Shown: in pieces, positions 11,471-21,486 of the stretch
How the letters are laid out: each line of letters begins with the position of its first letter
How positions within the stretch are numbered: position 1 is the first letter of the stretch
Assembly (NCBI GenBank): GCA_021821305.1
Contig: JAKACP010000001.1
Span: 404,349-468,348 of the forward strand
Origin: a bacterium
Lineage (GTDB): Bacteria; Patescibacteriota; Minisyncoccia; Moranbacterales; UBA1568
Reading direction: 5' to 3'
DNA length: 64,000 nt
Position numbers and translations under genes: made by a program
The notes under the pieces: model-generated
The model's database searches: none
Told to the model about the DNA's origin: nothing
Seen by the model: only the letters and a program-made list of their open reading frames with translations

Positions 11471-13174
11471 ATGAGACTTCAGGAAAAAATCCGCTGGCAG
11501 TTCGCGTGGGTGCTCGCCCTCGCGCTTTTTTCCGGCGCGATCGCCTATCCGCACGTCTTTTCCTTCATCCCGAAATTTCCCGCCGCGGAAACGATCGAGG
11601 AATCGCTCAAGATCAACCTCGGCCTCGATCTTCAGGGAGGCATACACCTCGAATACGCCGCCGATCTCTCGCAGGTTCCGGAGGGCAAGAAGGGGGAGGC
11701 GCTCGAGGCGGCACTCGCGGTCATCGAGCGGCGCGTGAACGCGTTCGGTGTCGGCGAATCCGTCGTACAGTCGGCAAAATCCGGTACCGAGGACCGCATC
11801 ATCGTCGAGCTTCCCGGCGTCAAGGATGTCGAGGAGGCGAAGTCGATGCTCAAGGAGACGCCGTTCCTCGAATTTCGCGAATCCCAGGACGAGGAATTGC
11901 AACGGGAATTCGACGTCGAGAATGAGGCTTCGAAACGAAAAGCCGCGGAGATCCTCGAGCGGACCAAGAAAGGCGAGGATTTCGCCGCGCTCGCGAAGGA
12001 GTTCAGCCAGGATCCGGGATCCAAGGACCAGGGCGGCGACCTCGATTTCGTGACTAAGGGAACGTTCGTCAACGAATTCGATGAAGTCATTTTCAAGGAT
12101 GATTTCCAGGCAGGAACGGTCCATCCGGATCTCGTCGAGTCGGCGTTCGGCTGGCATATCATAAAGAAACTCGAGGAGCGGGGCGAAGGCGAGGAAAAGG
12201 AGGTCCGTGCCGCGCACATCCTCTTCCCCAAGAGCACGCTCGACATGCTTCCGGATTCGGTCCGTTTCGCATCGACCGGACTTTCCGGCAAGAACCTCGA
12301 GGATGCCTTCGTCGATTATCAGGGGCAGGGATTCGGGGCGCCGCAGGTAGGACTCCAGTTCGACGCGGAGGGAGCCAAGCTCTTCGCGGAACTTACCAGG
12401 CGCAATCTCGGCAAGCCGATCGCCATATTCCTCGATGACGAGGTGATCAGCGCTCCGACCGTGCAGAGCGAGATCACCGACGGTCGGGCCGTCATCACCG
12501 GTAGTTTCACGCTCGAGGAAGTCAAACACCTCGTCGGGCGACTCAACGAGGGTGCGCTCCCGGTGCCGATCACGCTCGTGGGCCAGCAGTCGATCGACGC
12601 CTCGCTCGGCGAGGACGCCCTCCGGACGAGTCTCTTCGCCGGAGCGATCGGCCTCATCGCCGTGTCCATATATATGATCCTCTACTACCGTTTCCTCGGA
12701 TTCGGCGCGGTGTTCGCGCTCCTCATCTATTCCGCGATGCTGCTCGCGATCTTCCGGCTTTCCGGATTCTCGCCGTTCCCGATCACGCTCACGCTCTCGG
12801 GTATCGCCGGATTCATCCTCTCGATCGGTATCGCGGTCGACGCGAACGTGCTCATCTTCGAGCGCACCCGCGAAGAGCTCGCGTACGGGAAATCGGCGCG
12901 CAAATCGATCCAGGAAGGATTCCGGCGCGCATGGCCGAGCATCCGCGACGGACACGTCTCGACGCTCATCACGACCTTCATCCTCATCCTCATGGGGACG
13001 GGATTCGTCAAGGGATTCGCGGTGATCCTCTCGCTCGGCGTGCTCCTCTCGCTCTTCACGGCGGTCGTCCTGGTCCGGGTGTGGCTGCGGTTCGTCGTCG
13101 GGGACTGGGCGGAAAAGCGTCCGTGGCTCCTCGTGGCGCCGAAGAAGCTCCTGGAAGACGAGACAACGAAATAA
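11471..13174 (+). CDS. secD: Protein translocase subunit SecD with inserted parvulin-type PPIase domain
   Basis: LGLDLQGG, RRVNAFGV, GIAVDANVLIFER motifs; insert contains GEDFAALAKEFSQDPGS..GGDL..FGWHII. Confidence 0.95.
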   Translation: MRLQEKIRWQFAWVLALALFSGAIAYPHVFSFIPKFPAAETIEESLKINLGLDLQGGIHLEYAADLSQVPEGKKGEALEAALAVIERRVNAFGVGESVVQSAKSGTEDRIIVELPGVKDVEEAKSMLKETPFLEFRESQDEELQREFDVENEASKRKAAEILERTKKGEDFAALAKEFSQDPGSKDQGGDLDFVTKGTFVNEFDEVIFKDDFQAGTVHPDLVESAFGWHIIKKLEERGEGEEKEVRAAHILFPKSTLDMLPDSVRFASTGLSGKNLEDAFVDYQGQGFGAPQVGLQFDAEGAKLFAELTRRNLGKPIAIFLDDEVISAPTVQSEITDGRAVITGSFTLEEVKHLVGRLNEGALPVPITLVGQQSIDASLGEDALRTSLFAGAIGLIAVSIYMILYYRFLGFGAVFALLIYSAMLLAIFRLSGFSPFPITLTLSGIAGFILSIGIAVDANVLIFERTREELAYGKSARKSIQEGFRRAWPSIRDGHVSTLITTFILILMGTGFVKGFAVILSLGVLLSLFTAVVLVRVWLRFVVGDWAEKRPWLLVAPKKLLEDETTK

Positions 13175-13177
13175 CCT

Positions 13178-14077
13178 ATGCTAGAGATCATCCAGAAAAG
13201 AAAATTCGCCTATCTGTTCTCCGGGATACTCCTCGGTTTGTCGGTGCTCGCCATCTCCGCCTGGGGGCTCCGTCTGGGATTGGATTTCAAGGGCGGCACG
13301 CTCCTCGAGGTCCGTTTTTCCGTCGATCCGGCGCCGCAGACGCAGGAAATCCAGGCCGCTCTCGAACCGCTCGGACTGCAGAGTCTTTCCGTGCAGGCGA
13401 CGGAGGGGAACGGCGCGCTCATACGTTACCTCGCCTCCGATGAGGCGACGAACGACCGTGCGATGGAGGAGCTGGAGAAGATGGACAGCGAGTTGGAACT
13501 CCTGCGGACGGACTTCATCGGGGCATCGGTGTCCGAACAGATGAAGACGAGCGCGTTTTGGGGGATACTGTTTTCCATACTCGGTATCGCGGCGTACATC
13601 GCGCTCGCGTTCCGCCGGGTGTCGCGGCCGATCTCGTCGTGGGAATACGGCTGGGGGGCGGTCATCGCGCTCGCGCACGATATCGTCGTCACCGTCGGCG
13701 CGTTCGCGGTCTTCGGGAGATTCATGGGCGTCGAGGTCGGCATCCCGTTCGTGGCCGCGCTCCTCACCATTCTCGGCTATTCCGTCAACGACAGCATCGT
13801 CGTCTACGACCGCATCCGCGAGAACCTGCTCCGTTCCAAGACCAAGTCCGATTTCGAGGGACTCGTGAACCGCTCGGTGAACGAGACGATGTCGCGTTCG
13901 ATCAACACCTCGATGACCGTCATGATCGTGCTCGCGTCGATCGCGCTCTTCGGCGGGGAGAGTATACGGTGGTTCGCGATTGCGCTCCTCATCGGTGTCG
14001 GCTTCGGAACCTACTCCTCGGTCTTCGTCGCCTCCGCGCTCCTCGTGACGCGGTATAAGATGAAGACGGGGAAATAG
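13178..14077 (+). CDS. secF: Protein translocase subunit SecF
   Basis: GLDFKGG, GYSVNDSIVVYDRIRE and GTYSSVFVA motifs. Confidence 0.96.
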   Translation: MLEIIQKRKFAYLFSGILLGLSVLAISAWGLRLGLDFKGGTLLEVRFSVDPAPQTQEIQAALEPLGLQSLSVQATEGNGALIRYLASDEATNDRAMEELEKMDSELELLRTDFIGASVSEQMKTSAFWGILFSILGIAAYIALAFRRVSRPISSWEYGWGAVIALAHDIVVTVGAFAVFGRFMGVEVGIPFVAALLTILGYSVNDSIVVYDRIRENLLRSKTKSDFEGLVNRSVNETMSRSINTSMTVMIVLASIALFGGESIRWFAIALLIGVGFGTYSSVFVASALLVTRYKMKTGK

Positions 14078-14167
14078 ATGTATGATGCAGGAGGGGTGAC
14101 GAATGGCAGCCGCCTTCCGGGTCATATCCTCTCATCCCGCATCCCTTATCACTTATCGTGAATCACT

Positions 14168-14479
14168 ATGAAATGGAATCCGTTTTCGAAACAATCGTCC
14201 GGCGCGCAGGAGGATGAGCCGACCCTCGAGGAGAAGATGGCGGCGATGCCGGGAGCGCCCAAGCTCGAGGATATGGGCATGATGGAACGCTTCGCGATGA
14301 AGCGGTTCATGAAGATGAGCCCGGAAGACCAGAAGAAGATGATCGAAAAATCCATGACGCCGAAGAATATCGAGAAGCACAAGGACGAAATTGTCGCGTC
14401 GCTCGAAGAGATGAAGAAGAACCGCATGATCTCCGACGACCAATACCGCCTCATGAAGCGGAAGTTCGGTATCAAATAG
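14168..14479 (+). CDS. Met/Lys-rich hypothetical protein
   Basis: 103-aa ORF with typical codon usage, tightly upstream of tyrS. Confidence 0.7.
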   Translation: MKWNPFSKQSSGAQEDEPTLEEKMAAMPGAPKLEDMGMMERFAMKRFMKMSPEDQKKMIEKSMTPKNIEKHKDEIVASLEEMKKNRMISDDQYRLMKRKFGIK

Positions 14480-14487
14480 TCAATCGT

Positions 14488-15681
14488 ATGGACACGGAAA
14501 AAAAAATCGACGAGATCCTCACCCGCGGTGTAGTGGAGGTCATCGATCGGGAGCATCTGAAGAAGCGCCTGCTCGCCGGCGAGAAGCTCCGGGTCAAGTT
14601 CGGCATCGACCCGACGAGTCCGAATATCCATCTCGGGCGCGCGGTGTCGCTCCTCAAGCTCCGTGATTTCCAGGAGCTCGGATGCGAGGTCGTCTTCATC
14701 GTGGGGGACTTTACCGGGACGATCGGGGACACGAGCGACAAGGAGAGCGAGCGCCCCATGCTCGACGAGGAGACGGTACGGAGGAACATGGAAACCTATA
14801 CGATACAGGCGGCCAAGATCCTCGATTTCGCCGAGGTCGAGGTGCAGTTCAATTCCACGTGGCTCGCCGGCCTCGATTACAAGGAAATCCTCGGGCAGGC
14901 GGAGGCGTTCTCGCTTCATGACTTCATTTCACGGGACAATATCAAAAAGCGGCTCGAATCGGGCAAGCGCGTCTCGCTTCGCGAGCTTCTCTATCCGCTC
15001 ATGCAGGGGCACGATAGCGTCGTCGTGAAATCCGACGTCGAGATCGGCGGAAGCGACCAATGGTTCAATCTGCTCGCGGGGCGGAAGCTCCAGGAGCGCG
15101 CCGGACAGGCGCCGCAGGATATCCTGACGACCGATCTCATCCTCGGGACCGACGGTCGCAAGATGAGCTCGAGTTGGGGAAACACGATCAACCTCCTCGA
15201 CGAGCCGAACGACATGTTCGGCAAGGTCATGAGCATTCCCGACGGACTCATCGAAAGCTATTTCGTCCACTGCACGCGCGTGCCGATGGAGGAGGTGGCG
15301 GAAATCATGAAAGCGGACAATCCGCGCGATGCCAAGGTCCGGCTCGCCCGCGAGATCGTCGCGCTCTATCATGGGGACGACGAGGCCGCGAAGGCGGAGG
15401 AATATTTCGTGAACACGTTCTCCAAAGGCGAGATTCCGGAGAATATTCCGGAACACGCGCCTCAATATGAACCTGCCCTTGAAGGATACGAGAATCTGGA
15501 GTCGTTTATCGCGCGTATCGGTCTTGCGACGAGTAAATCCGACGCGAGACGGAAGATCGAGCAGGGCGGGGTATACATTGACGGGGAAAGGACTGTCGGA
15601 TCACGTATGTTTGATAAGGATTTGGATAACGGCAAAGTCCTTAAAGTCGGCAAGAAGGATTTCGTGAAGATAGTATTTTAG
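14488..15681 (+). CDS. tyrS: Tyrosine--tRNA ligase
   Basis: FGIDPTSPNIHLGR (HIGH-like), KMSSS, C-terminal S4 domain. Confidence 0.96.
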   Translation: MDTEKKIDEILTRGVVEVIDREHLKKRLLAGEKLRVKFGIDPTSPNIHLGRAVSLLKLRDFQELGCEVVFIVGDFTGTIGDTSDKESERPMLDEETVRRNMETYTIQAAKILDFAEVEVQFNSTWLAGLDYKEILGQAEAFSLHDFISRDNIKKRLESGKRVSLRELLYPLMQGHDSVVVKSDVEIGGSDQWFNLLAGRKLQERAGQAPQDILTTDLILGTDGRKMSSSWGNTINLLDEPNDMFGKVMSIPDGLIESYFVHCTRVPMEEVAEIMKADNPRDAKVRLAREIVALYHGDDEAAKAEEYFVNTFSKGEIPENIPEHAPQYEPALEGYENLESFIARIGLATSKSDARRKIEQGGVYIDGERTVGSRMFDKDLDNGKVLKVGKKDFVKIVF

Positions 15682-15689
15682 AGCCTGTT

Positions 15690-15725
15690 GAAAAAGGCGA
15701 AGACCCCTTCCGGGGTCTTTTTTTT
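15690..15725. terminator. Probable bidirectional terminator
   Basis: AAGACCCC-ttcc-GGGGTCTT with a T tract downstream and an A run upstream. Confidence 0.7.
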
Positions 15726-15727
15726 CG

Positions 15728-15877
15728 AAAAAAAGAAAACCCCCAATGCGGAGGCGCGTATAAGTCCCTGAAAGTATAGTGTAGGAAAAAATATATTTCC
15801 CTGGATACCAGGTGGGTCTTATGCCCCGGCCCTTCAAGAAGGACAGGGTTGTTCAGCGCATCGTTCTGGAGGTCTTC
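15728..15877 (-). ncRNA. Candidate ~150-nt rod-shaped ncRNA (6S-like)
   Basis: Minus-strand extended -10 TGcTATACT at 15884-15892; 5' GAAGACCUCCA pairs with 3' UGGGGGUUUUC using G-U pairs that work only on this strand; inner CCCUG/CAGGG helix; ends in a U tract. Confidence 0.5.
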
Positions 15878-15901
15878 GCTACCAGTATAGCATACCCGTT
15901 T

Positions 15902-15930
15902 TTGACCGGTATTTCCTTTTCTTGTACACT
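15902..15930 (+). promoter_or_regulatory. Sigma70-type promoter for pheST
   Basis: TTGACC-17 bp-TACACT. Confidence 0.55.
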
Positions 15931-15954
15931 GAAACAGTATTTGCACAGGATCTT

Positions 15955-16989
15955 ATGCACGGGAAGCGGATAGCGGAGATCATGGAGCGGGGGATGCGCG
16001 CGTTTTCCGAAGCGGAGGACGAGTCGGTTCTTCTCGCGCTCGAGACGGAATATACCGGCCGCAAGAGCGCGCTCGGCGAGATCCTGAAAGGACTCAAGGA
16101 TCTTTCGCCCGAGGAGAAAAAGGAAGTGGGGCCGATCGCCAACGAGGCGCGCCTCGCGCTCGGTCGCGCCGCATCCGCCGCGCGGACGCGTATCGAGACA
16201 AGGAAGCTCGCGGAAGACGAACGGTTCGACGTGACGATTCCTGGTAGCGCCGCGCCGCTCGGACATCTTCATCCGATCACCCGGCTCTCGCACGAGATCG
16301 AGGACATCTTCGCCGGGATGGGGTTTTCGATCGCCGACGGACCGGAGGCGGAGACCGAATTCTACAATTTCGACGCGCTCAACGTTCCCGCCGATCACCC
16401 GGCGCGGGATATGCAGGATACGTTCTGGCTCAAGCAAGACGGACTCGACGAGAAGTACGTTCTGCGCACGCATACGTCCTCGGTGCAGGTTCGGTATATG
16501 GAATCGCATGTGCCGCCGTTCCGGATCGTCATCCCGGGGAGGATCTTCCGCAACGAGGCGACGGACGCCTCACACGAGCATACGTTTCATCAGTTCGAGT
16601 GCCTCATGGTGGATGAGGCAGGCTCGGTCACCGTCGCGCATTTCAAGCATACCGCGGAGACGTTTTTCCGCGAGTTCTTCGGGCGCGACGTGGAGGTCAG
16701 GCTCCGGCCGAGTTTCTTCCCGTTCACCGAGCCGTCCTTCGAGTTCGACATCTCCTGCATCCTCTGCGACGCGAAGGGGTGCCCGGTGTGCAAGAAGTCC
16801 GGCTGGCTCGAGATCGGCGGGGCGGGCATGGTGCATCAGAACGTCTTCACGGCGGCCGGCTACGAGGAAGGAAAATACCAGGGGTTCGCGTGGGGGTTCG
16901 GTCTCACCCGGCTCGCGATGATGAAATACAGGATTCCCGATATCCGCCTTTTCATGGGCGGTGACGTGCGATTCATCCGTCAATTCTAG
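15955..16989 (+). CDS. pheS: Phenylalanine--tRNA ligase alpha subunit
   Basis: HPARDMQDTF, LRTHTS, FPFTEPS and GFAWGFG motifs. Confidence 0.97.
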   Translation: MHGKRIAEIMERGMRAFSEAEDESVLLALETEYTGRKSALGEILKGLKDLSPEEKKEVGPIANEARLALGRAASAARTRIETRKLAEDERFDVTIPGSAAPLGHLHPITRLSHEIEDIFAGMGFSIADGPEAETEFYNFDALNVPADHPARDMQDTFWLKQDGLDEKYVLRTHTSSVQVRYMESHVPPFRIVIPGRIFRNEATDASHEHTFHQFECLMVDEAGSVTVAHFKHTAETFFREFFGRDVEVRLRPSFFPFTEPSFEFDISCILCDAKGCPVCKKSGWLEIGGAGMVHQNVFTAAGYEEGKYQGFAWGFGLTRLAMMKYRIPDIRLFMGGDVRFIRQF

Positions 16990-16991
16990 AT

Positions 16992-19391
16992 ATGCTGTTT
17001 TCGTACGAGTGGCTCAAGGAACTGTCAGGAACGAAGAAATCTCCCGAGGAACTCGCGGAGCTCCTCTTGTCGCGCGCGTTCGAAGTGGAAGAGGTGAAAA
17101 AGTATGAACATCCGTTCGACGGTGTCGTCGTAGGGGAGGTGCTCGCGGCGGAGCCGCATCCGGACGCCGAACGGCTCAAGGTGACCGAGGTGAAGGTATC
17201 CGGATCGGTCGTGCGTTCGTTTCTCAATATCGGCGACGGCAAGCCGCTTCGCATCGTCTGCGGCGCGCCCAATGTCGAGGCGGGACAGAGGGTCGCAGTC
17301 GCGCTTCCTGGCACGAAGCTTCCGAACGGGGTGGAAATCGGGGAGGCGGAGATCCGCGGCGTGAAGTCGTCGGGCATGATCTGCGCAAAAGACGAGCTCG
17401 GTCTCGGGACCGATCATGCCGGTATCTGGGTTCTCCCGGATGACGCCGAGGTCGGTGCTCCGCTTTCCGAGGCGATGAGGCTCGACGATACGCTTCTCGA
17501 CGTGAAGATTCTTCCGAATCGCGGGACGGACGCGCTCTCGCATTACGGGCTTGCCCGCGAAATCGCCGCGCTCGAAGGACGACCCTATCCGTCGGAAGGA
17601 ATGTTCTCAAGGCATACCCTGGAGCCGATGGGCGACGGAGGGCTCTCGGTCGATATCGAGGACGAATCGGCGTGCCGCGCGTACTCCGGTCTGTCGTTCG
17701 ACCTCGCGGACGGAGCGAGGAGTCTCCCGCTTCCTACGCTGGGGCGGATGCTCATGCTCGGCCATCATCCGATCCATCCGGCGGCGGATACCGCCAATCA
17801 TCTCTCCCTCCTCTACGGACAGCCGATGCACGCGTTCGACGCGGACAAACTTTCCGGAGAGAAGATTACTGTGCGTTTCGCGAAGCGAGGCGAGAAACTG
17901 CTGCTCCTTGATGACCGCGAGATCGCTCTCACGGAGGAAGACCTCGTCATCGCCGATGCCGACGGTCCGGTCGCGCTCGCCGGCATCATGGGCGGGAAGG
18001 ATTCCGCGGTATCGGCGGATACGAAAGAGGTATTTTTCGAGATCGCGAATTTCGACCCGGCCACGATCCGACGGTCGCGCGTACGGCACGGGCTTTCGAC
18101 GGAGGCGGCCTATCTTTTCGAGCACGGTGTCGACCCCTCGTGGCCGGAGAAACTTCGCGGCGAAGTCGTCGCGGCGTTCACGGACTCGCTCGGGGCACGA
18201 TGCCGATCCCTCGTCTCCGTATCCGCGACAGCTGCTTTGAAGGAGCGGGAGATCGTCTTTCCGTTTTCCCGCATCGAAGGACTGCTCGGCGTCGCCGTTC
18301 CGGAGGAGAAGGCGCTTGCCATCCTGCGGTCGCTCTCGATCGGAGCGGAAGTACGGGGAGACGAGCTTCACGCGGTCGTCCCGTCGTTCCGTCCGGATCT
18401 CGAACGGGAGGCCGATATCATCGAGGAAATCGGCCGCGTGTACGGGTACGAACATATCGCGCCCTCCGCGCCGCTGCTTCCCGTCGTCGCGCGCAAGACG
18501 GATACGGACAGCTCGCTTGCACGTGGACTGGAAGAATATCTCGCATGCGCGGGATTCGACGAGATCATGACCTACTCGTTCTATGGAAAGGATCTCCTCG
18601 AGGAGAGCGGCGTCCCGGAGGACGCGCATCTCCGGCTCGAGAATCCGATGAACCCCGACCAGACATATCTCCGCGCGAAACTTCTTCCGACCGTTCTCGA
18701 CAAAGCGGTCGAGAATATGCCCCGTACGGACGGGTTCCGGATGTTCGAATTCGGACGCGTCCATTTCCGCGAAGGAGGATCCGTCCGTGAGGAAAAGCGG
18801 ATCGCGTCGGCGCTGTCCATGAAGGAATCCGCTCCCGGCGAAGCCTTTCTCGCCCAGAAGGGCGAGATCGAACGCCTGCTCGCTTTCTTCCGTCTACATG
18901 AATCGGTTTCGTTCCGGCCGGCACCGGAGGTCTCGCCGCTCTTCCATCCCGGCCGGACCGCGCATATCATGGCGGGGGAGGAGCTGATCGGCGTGGTCGG
19001 AGAGGCGCACCCCTCGTTCGTCAGGAAGTCTGGCGCCCGCAAGATCGCGATCGCCGAGCTGTCATTTCCGGCGTTGGCCCGTCTGGTCGGATCGCCGATC
19101 GTCGCGAGGCCGATACCGAGATTCCCGTCCGTCTCGCGCGACATCTCGCTCGTCGTCCCGAAGGACGTACCGGTCGGCGAGCTCGCCCGTGTCATACGCG
19201 AATCCGGCGCGCCGCTGCTCCGGGGCGCCGAGTTCTTCGACGTGTACGAGAAGGGCGCGGAGAAGAATGCCGCCTTTCATCTTTCGTTCGGCGCCGATGA
19301 TCGGACCATCGGAAGCGAGGAGGCGGAGACGGCGTTTCAGGGGATCGTCTTGGCCGCGGAAAAGGCGTTCGGGGCCAAGCTTCTCGTTTGA
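16992..19391 (+). CDS. pheT: Phenylalanine--tRNA ligase beta subunit
   Basis: HPDAERL, IVCGAPNV, SSGMIC, PNRG motifs; C-terminal anticodon-binding domain. Confidence 0.96.
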   Translation: MLFSYEWLKELSGTKKSPEELAELLLSRAFEVEEVKKYEHPFDGVVVGEVLAAEPHPDAERLKVTEVKVSGSVVRSFLNIGDGKPLRIVCGAPNVEAGQRVAVALPGTKLPNGVEIGEAEIRGVKSSGMICAKDELGLGTDHAGIWVLPDDAEVGAPLSEAMRLDDTLLDVKILPNRGTDALSHYGLAREIAALEGRPYPSEGMFSRHTLEPMGDGGLSVDIEDESACRAYSGLSFDLADGARSLPLPTLGRMLMLGHHPIHPAADTANHLSLLYGQPMHAFDADKLSGEKITVRFAKRGEKLLLLDDREIALTEEDLVIADADGPVALAGIMGGKDSAVSADTKEVFFEIANFDPATIRRSRVRHGLSTEAAYLFEHGVDPSWPEKLRGEVVAAFTDSLGARCRSLVSVSATAALKEREIVFPFSRIEGLLGVAVPEEKALAILRSLSIGAEVRGDELHAVVPSFRPDLEREADIIEEIGRVYGYEHIAPSAPLLPVVARKTDTDSSLARGLEEYLACAGFDEIMTYSFYGKDLLEESGVPEDAHLRLENPMNPDQTYLRAKLLPTVLDKAVENMPRTDGFRMFEFGRVHFREGGSVREEKRIASALSMKESAPGEAFLAQKGEIERLLAFFRLHESVSFRPAPEVSPLFHPGRTAHIMAGEELIGVVGEAHPSFVRKSGARKIAIAELSFPALARLVGSPIVARPIPRFPSVSRDISLVVPKDVPVGELARVIRESGAPLLRGAEFFDVYEKGAEKNAAFHLSFGADDRTIGSEEAETAFQGIVLAAEKAFGAKLLV

Positions 19392-19412
19392 CAGGCTTGT
19401 TTGAGCCGAGAA

Positions 19413-19441
19413 TTGACATGAAAATAAATATATGATATAAT
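19413..19441 (+). promoter_or_regulatory. Consensus sigma70 promoter for rnpB
   Basis: TTGACA-17 bp-TATAAT with an extended -10 TG. Confidence 0.85.
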
Positions 19442-19499
19442 ATCCGTTCCGCGACGGGTGTTCGCGGAGTATTTTCCCTTGTTCTTTGCATTTTTCCGT

Positions 19500-19908
19500 T
19501 CCCGAAACAGATCGGGTCATCGCGTCCGCTGCAAAGCGGATGAGGAAAGTCCGGACTCCCGCCCGGCGCAAGCCGGTGCAGAAGGGTAATAGGTAACTCC
19601 TATACGCCGCGAGGCGCGAGGTGCGAACAGAAACGGCTTCTTCCGAAAGGAAGGAGACAGCCTGTACCCCTGACCCCGATGAAAATCGGGGAACACTCGT
19701 CAGACCTCAGGCTGTTCTTGGCTCATAAAGGGGTATGAGAAGTCCAAGGTGAAACGGCTAAATCCTTACCCGGGTGCAAGGTCGTGTCCACATCGTTTTT
19801 TCCTCGAGAAAAAGCGGTAGGGAAGAACCGCGCGAACCGGATGGCGACATCCGGTCCAGATAAATGATGACAGAGAAACAGAATCCGGCTTACGAGTCTG
19901 TTTCGGGA
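19500..19908 (+). ncRNA. rnpB: RNase P RNA
   Basis: GAGGAAAGTCCGGACT, ACAGAAA, GGTGAAACGG and AGATAAATG..ACAGAATCCGGCTTA motifs; P1 CCCGAAACAG pairs with CTGTTTCGGG. Confidence 0.95.
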
Positions 19909-19957
19909 GCGGAAGGATGCAATCGTATCGTGATAACGGATAGGTCGACGTATTCTT

Positions 19958-21385
19958 ATGAAGCGATCAGAAATCTATTTCAGCGCGGTACAGGTGCCGG
20001 TGGACTATGCCATGATCGTCCTCTCGGCGATTTCGGTGTTCCTGCTCCGCGATTTCCTGCCCGAGGTTTCGGACATATTGAGCCCCAAGCTCTATGATCT
20101 CTCCTTCGACCGTTTCGTGGAGCTCGCCTTCCTGGTCGCGCCGCTCTTCCTCGTCGTGTATGCGCTCGAGGGACTCTACGTGATCCGGGCGACCCGTCGG
20201 TTCTGGCAGGAGGCGTTCGACATATTCAAGGCCACTTCGCTCGGTATCGTCATCATCATCATCGCGGTCTTCCTTGAACGGGAGTGGTTCTCGTCCCGCT
20301 TCATCATCCTCGCCGGATGGCTCGTGGCGGTCGTCTATGTCATCGCCGGACGCTATGCCATACAGCGGATACAGAAACACTACCTCGTGAAGAAGGGCGT
20401 CGGGCGGCACCGCGTCCTCCTCGTCGGGGGAAACGGCCGCGTGCGGCGGTTCGCCAAGCTGTTCGCCAAGCGCCCCGAACTCGGATATCGCGTCGTCGAC
20501 ATCATCGAGAGCGCCAGCGCGAGCCTGCGCCGGATCAGCGAGATCCGCGAGATGAAAGGCATCGACGAGATCGTCGTGTGCGACCCGACGATTCCCGATG
20601 ACGAACAGGAAAAGATCCTCGACTACTGCCAGATACACAACATCTCTTTCAAATATTTCCCGACCATGCTCCAGACGTCGCGGTTCGCGCTCCGCATCTT
20701 CAACGGCGAGCCGCTCATCGAGTTCCAGAACACGCCGCTCGAGGGGTGGGGGAGGGTCGCCAAACGGATATTCGACATCCTTGCGAGCACGCTCCTCATC
20801 CTCTTGTTCTCGCCGTTCATGATCGCCATAGCGCTCCTCATCAAGATCGAGGACAAGGGAGGGCCGATCATCTACCGTAACGAGCGTATCGGCGAGGGCG
20901 GGAAGAAATTCTTCGCCTATAAGTTCCGCTACATGAAGTGGCGTTACTGCGTGACCCGTGCCAATCCGGATTTCGAGGAAGCGCTCGCGTTCGAGAAAGA
21001 GCTCATCGCGGAGCGGAGCGTCCGCAAAGGCCCGCTGTACAAGATCAAGGACGACCCCCGCAAGACCCGGATCGGAGCTTTCATCGAGAAATACTCGCTC
21101 GACGAGCTCCCGCAGTTCTTCAACGTGCTCTTCGGGAGCATGAGTCTCGTCGGGCCGCGCCCGCATCAGAAGCGCGAAGTCGAGAAATATCACGAGTACC
21201 ACCGCCGACTCCTCACGATCAAGCCCGGGATCACCGGCATGGCCCAGATATCCGGACGCTCCGATCTCCCGTTCGAGGACGAGTACCGTCTCGACGTGTA
21301 CTATATCGAGAACTGGTCGCTCTGGCTCGATATCCTCATCTGTTTCAAGACCGTGGGAGCGATACTCCGGAGACGGAAGAATTGA
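19958..21385 (+). CDS. Polyprenyl glycosylphosphotransferase (WcaJ/WbaP-like sugar transferase)
   Basis: N-terminal TM helices; [37 protein letters not shown] and KPGITG motifs. Confidence 0.95.
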   Translation: MKRSEIYFSAVQVPVDYAMIVLSAISVFLLRDFLPEVSDILSPKLYDLSFDRFVELAFLVAPLFLVVYALEGLYVIRATRRFWQEAFDIFKATSLGIVIIIIAVFLEREWFSSRFIILAGWLVAVVYVIAGRYAIQRIQKHYLVKKGVGRHRVLLVGGNGRVRRFAKLFAKRPELGYRVVDIIESASASLRRISEIREMKGIDEIVVCDPTIPDDEQEKILDYCQIHNISFKYFPTMLQTSRFALRIFNGEPLIEFQNTPLEGWGRVAKRIFDILASTLLILLFSPFMIAIALLIKIEDKGGPIIYRNERIGEGGKKFFAYKFRYMKWRYCVTRANPDFEEALAFEKELIAERSVRKGPLYKIKDDPRKTRIGAFIEKYSLDELPQFFNVLFGSMSLVGPRPHQKREVEKYHEYHRRLLTIKPGITGMAQISGRSDLPFEDEYRLDVYYIENWSLWLDILICFKTVGAILRRRKN

Positions 21386-21408
21386 CGCGACGCACCATGA
21401 ATCGAGGG

Positions 21409-21440
21409 GCGACGCCGGATAACGGCGTCGCTTTTTCTTT
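21409..21440 (+). terminator. Intrinsic terminator
   Basis: GCGACGCCG-gataa-CGGCGTCGC plus T tract. Confidence 0.75.
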
Positions 21441-21486
21441 TCCCTGATATGGCCTATAATGAGGGAAATATGTAATCACAAGAACT

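Noticed and set aside
11414-14125. Long minus-strand ORFs (513 aa, 314 aa) and similar ones opposite lysS, serS, ligA, the 662-aa gene and DUF4012
   Set aside because: They are antisense shadows of well-supported genes, expected from GC-rich codon bias, and carry no motifs.
17190-17230. Apparent ~11-aa insertion in the PheT B2 domain (KVSGSVVRSFL)
   Set aside because: It cannot be distinguished from ordinary loop variation without an alignment.
19864-20097. ORF starting in the rnpB 3' end
   Set aside because: It overlaps RNase P RNA and the sugar transferase in another frame.
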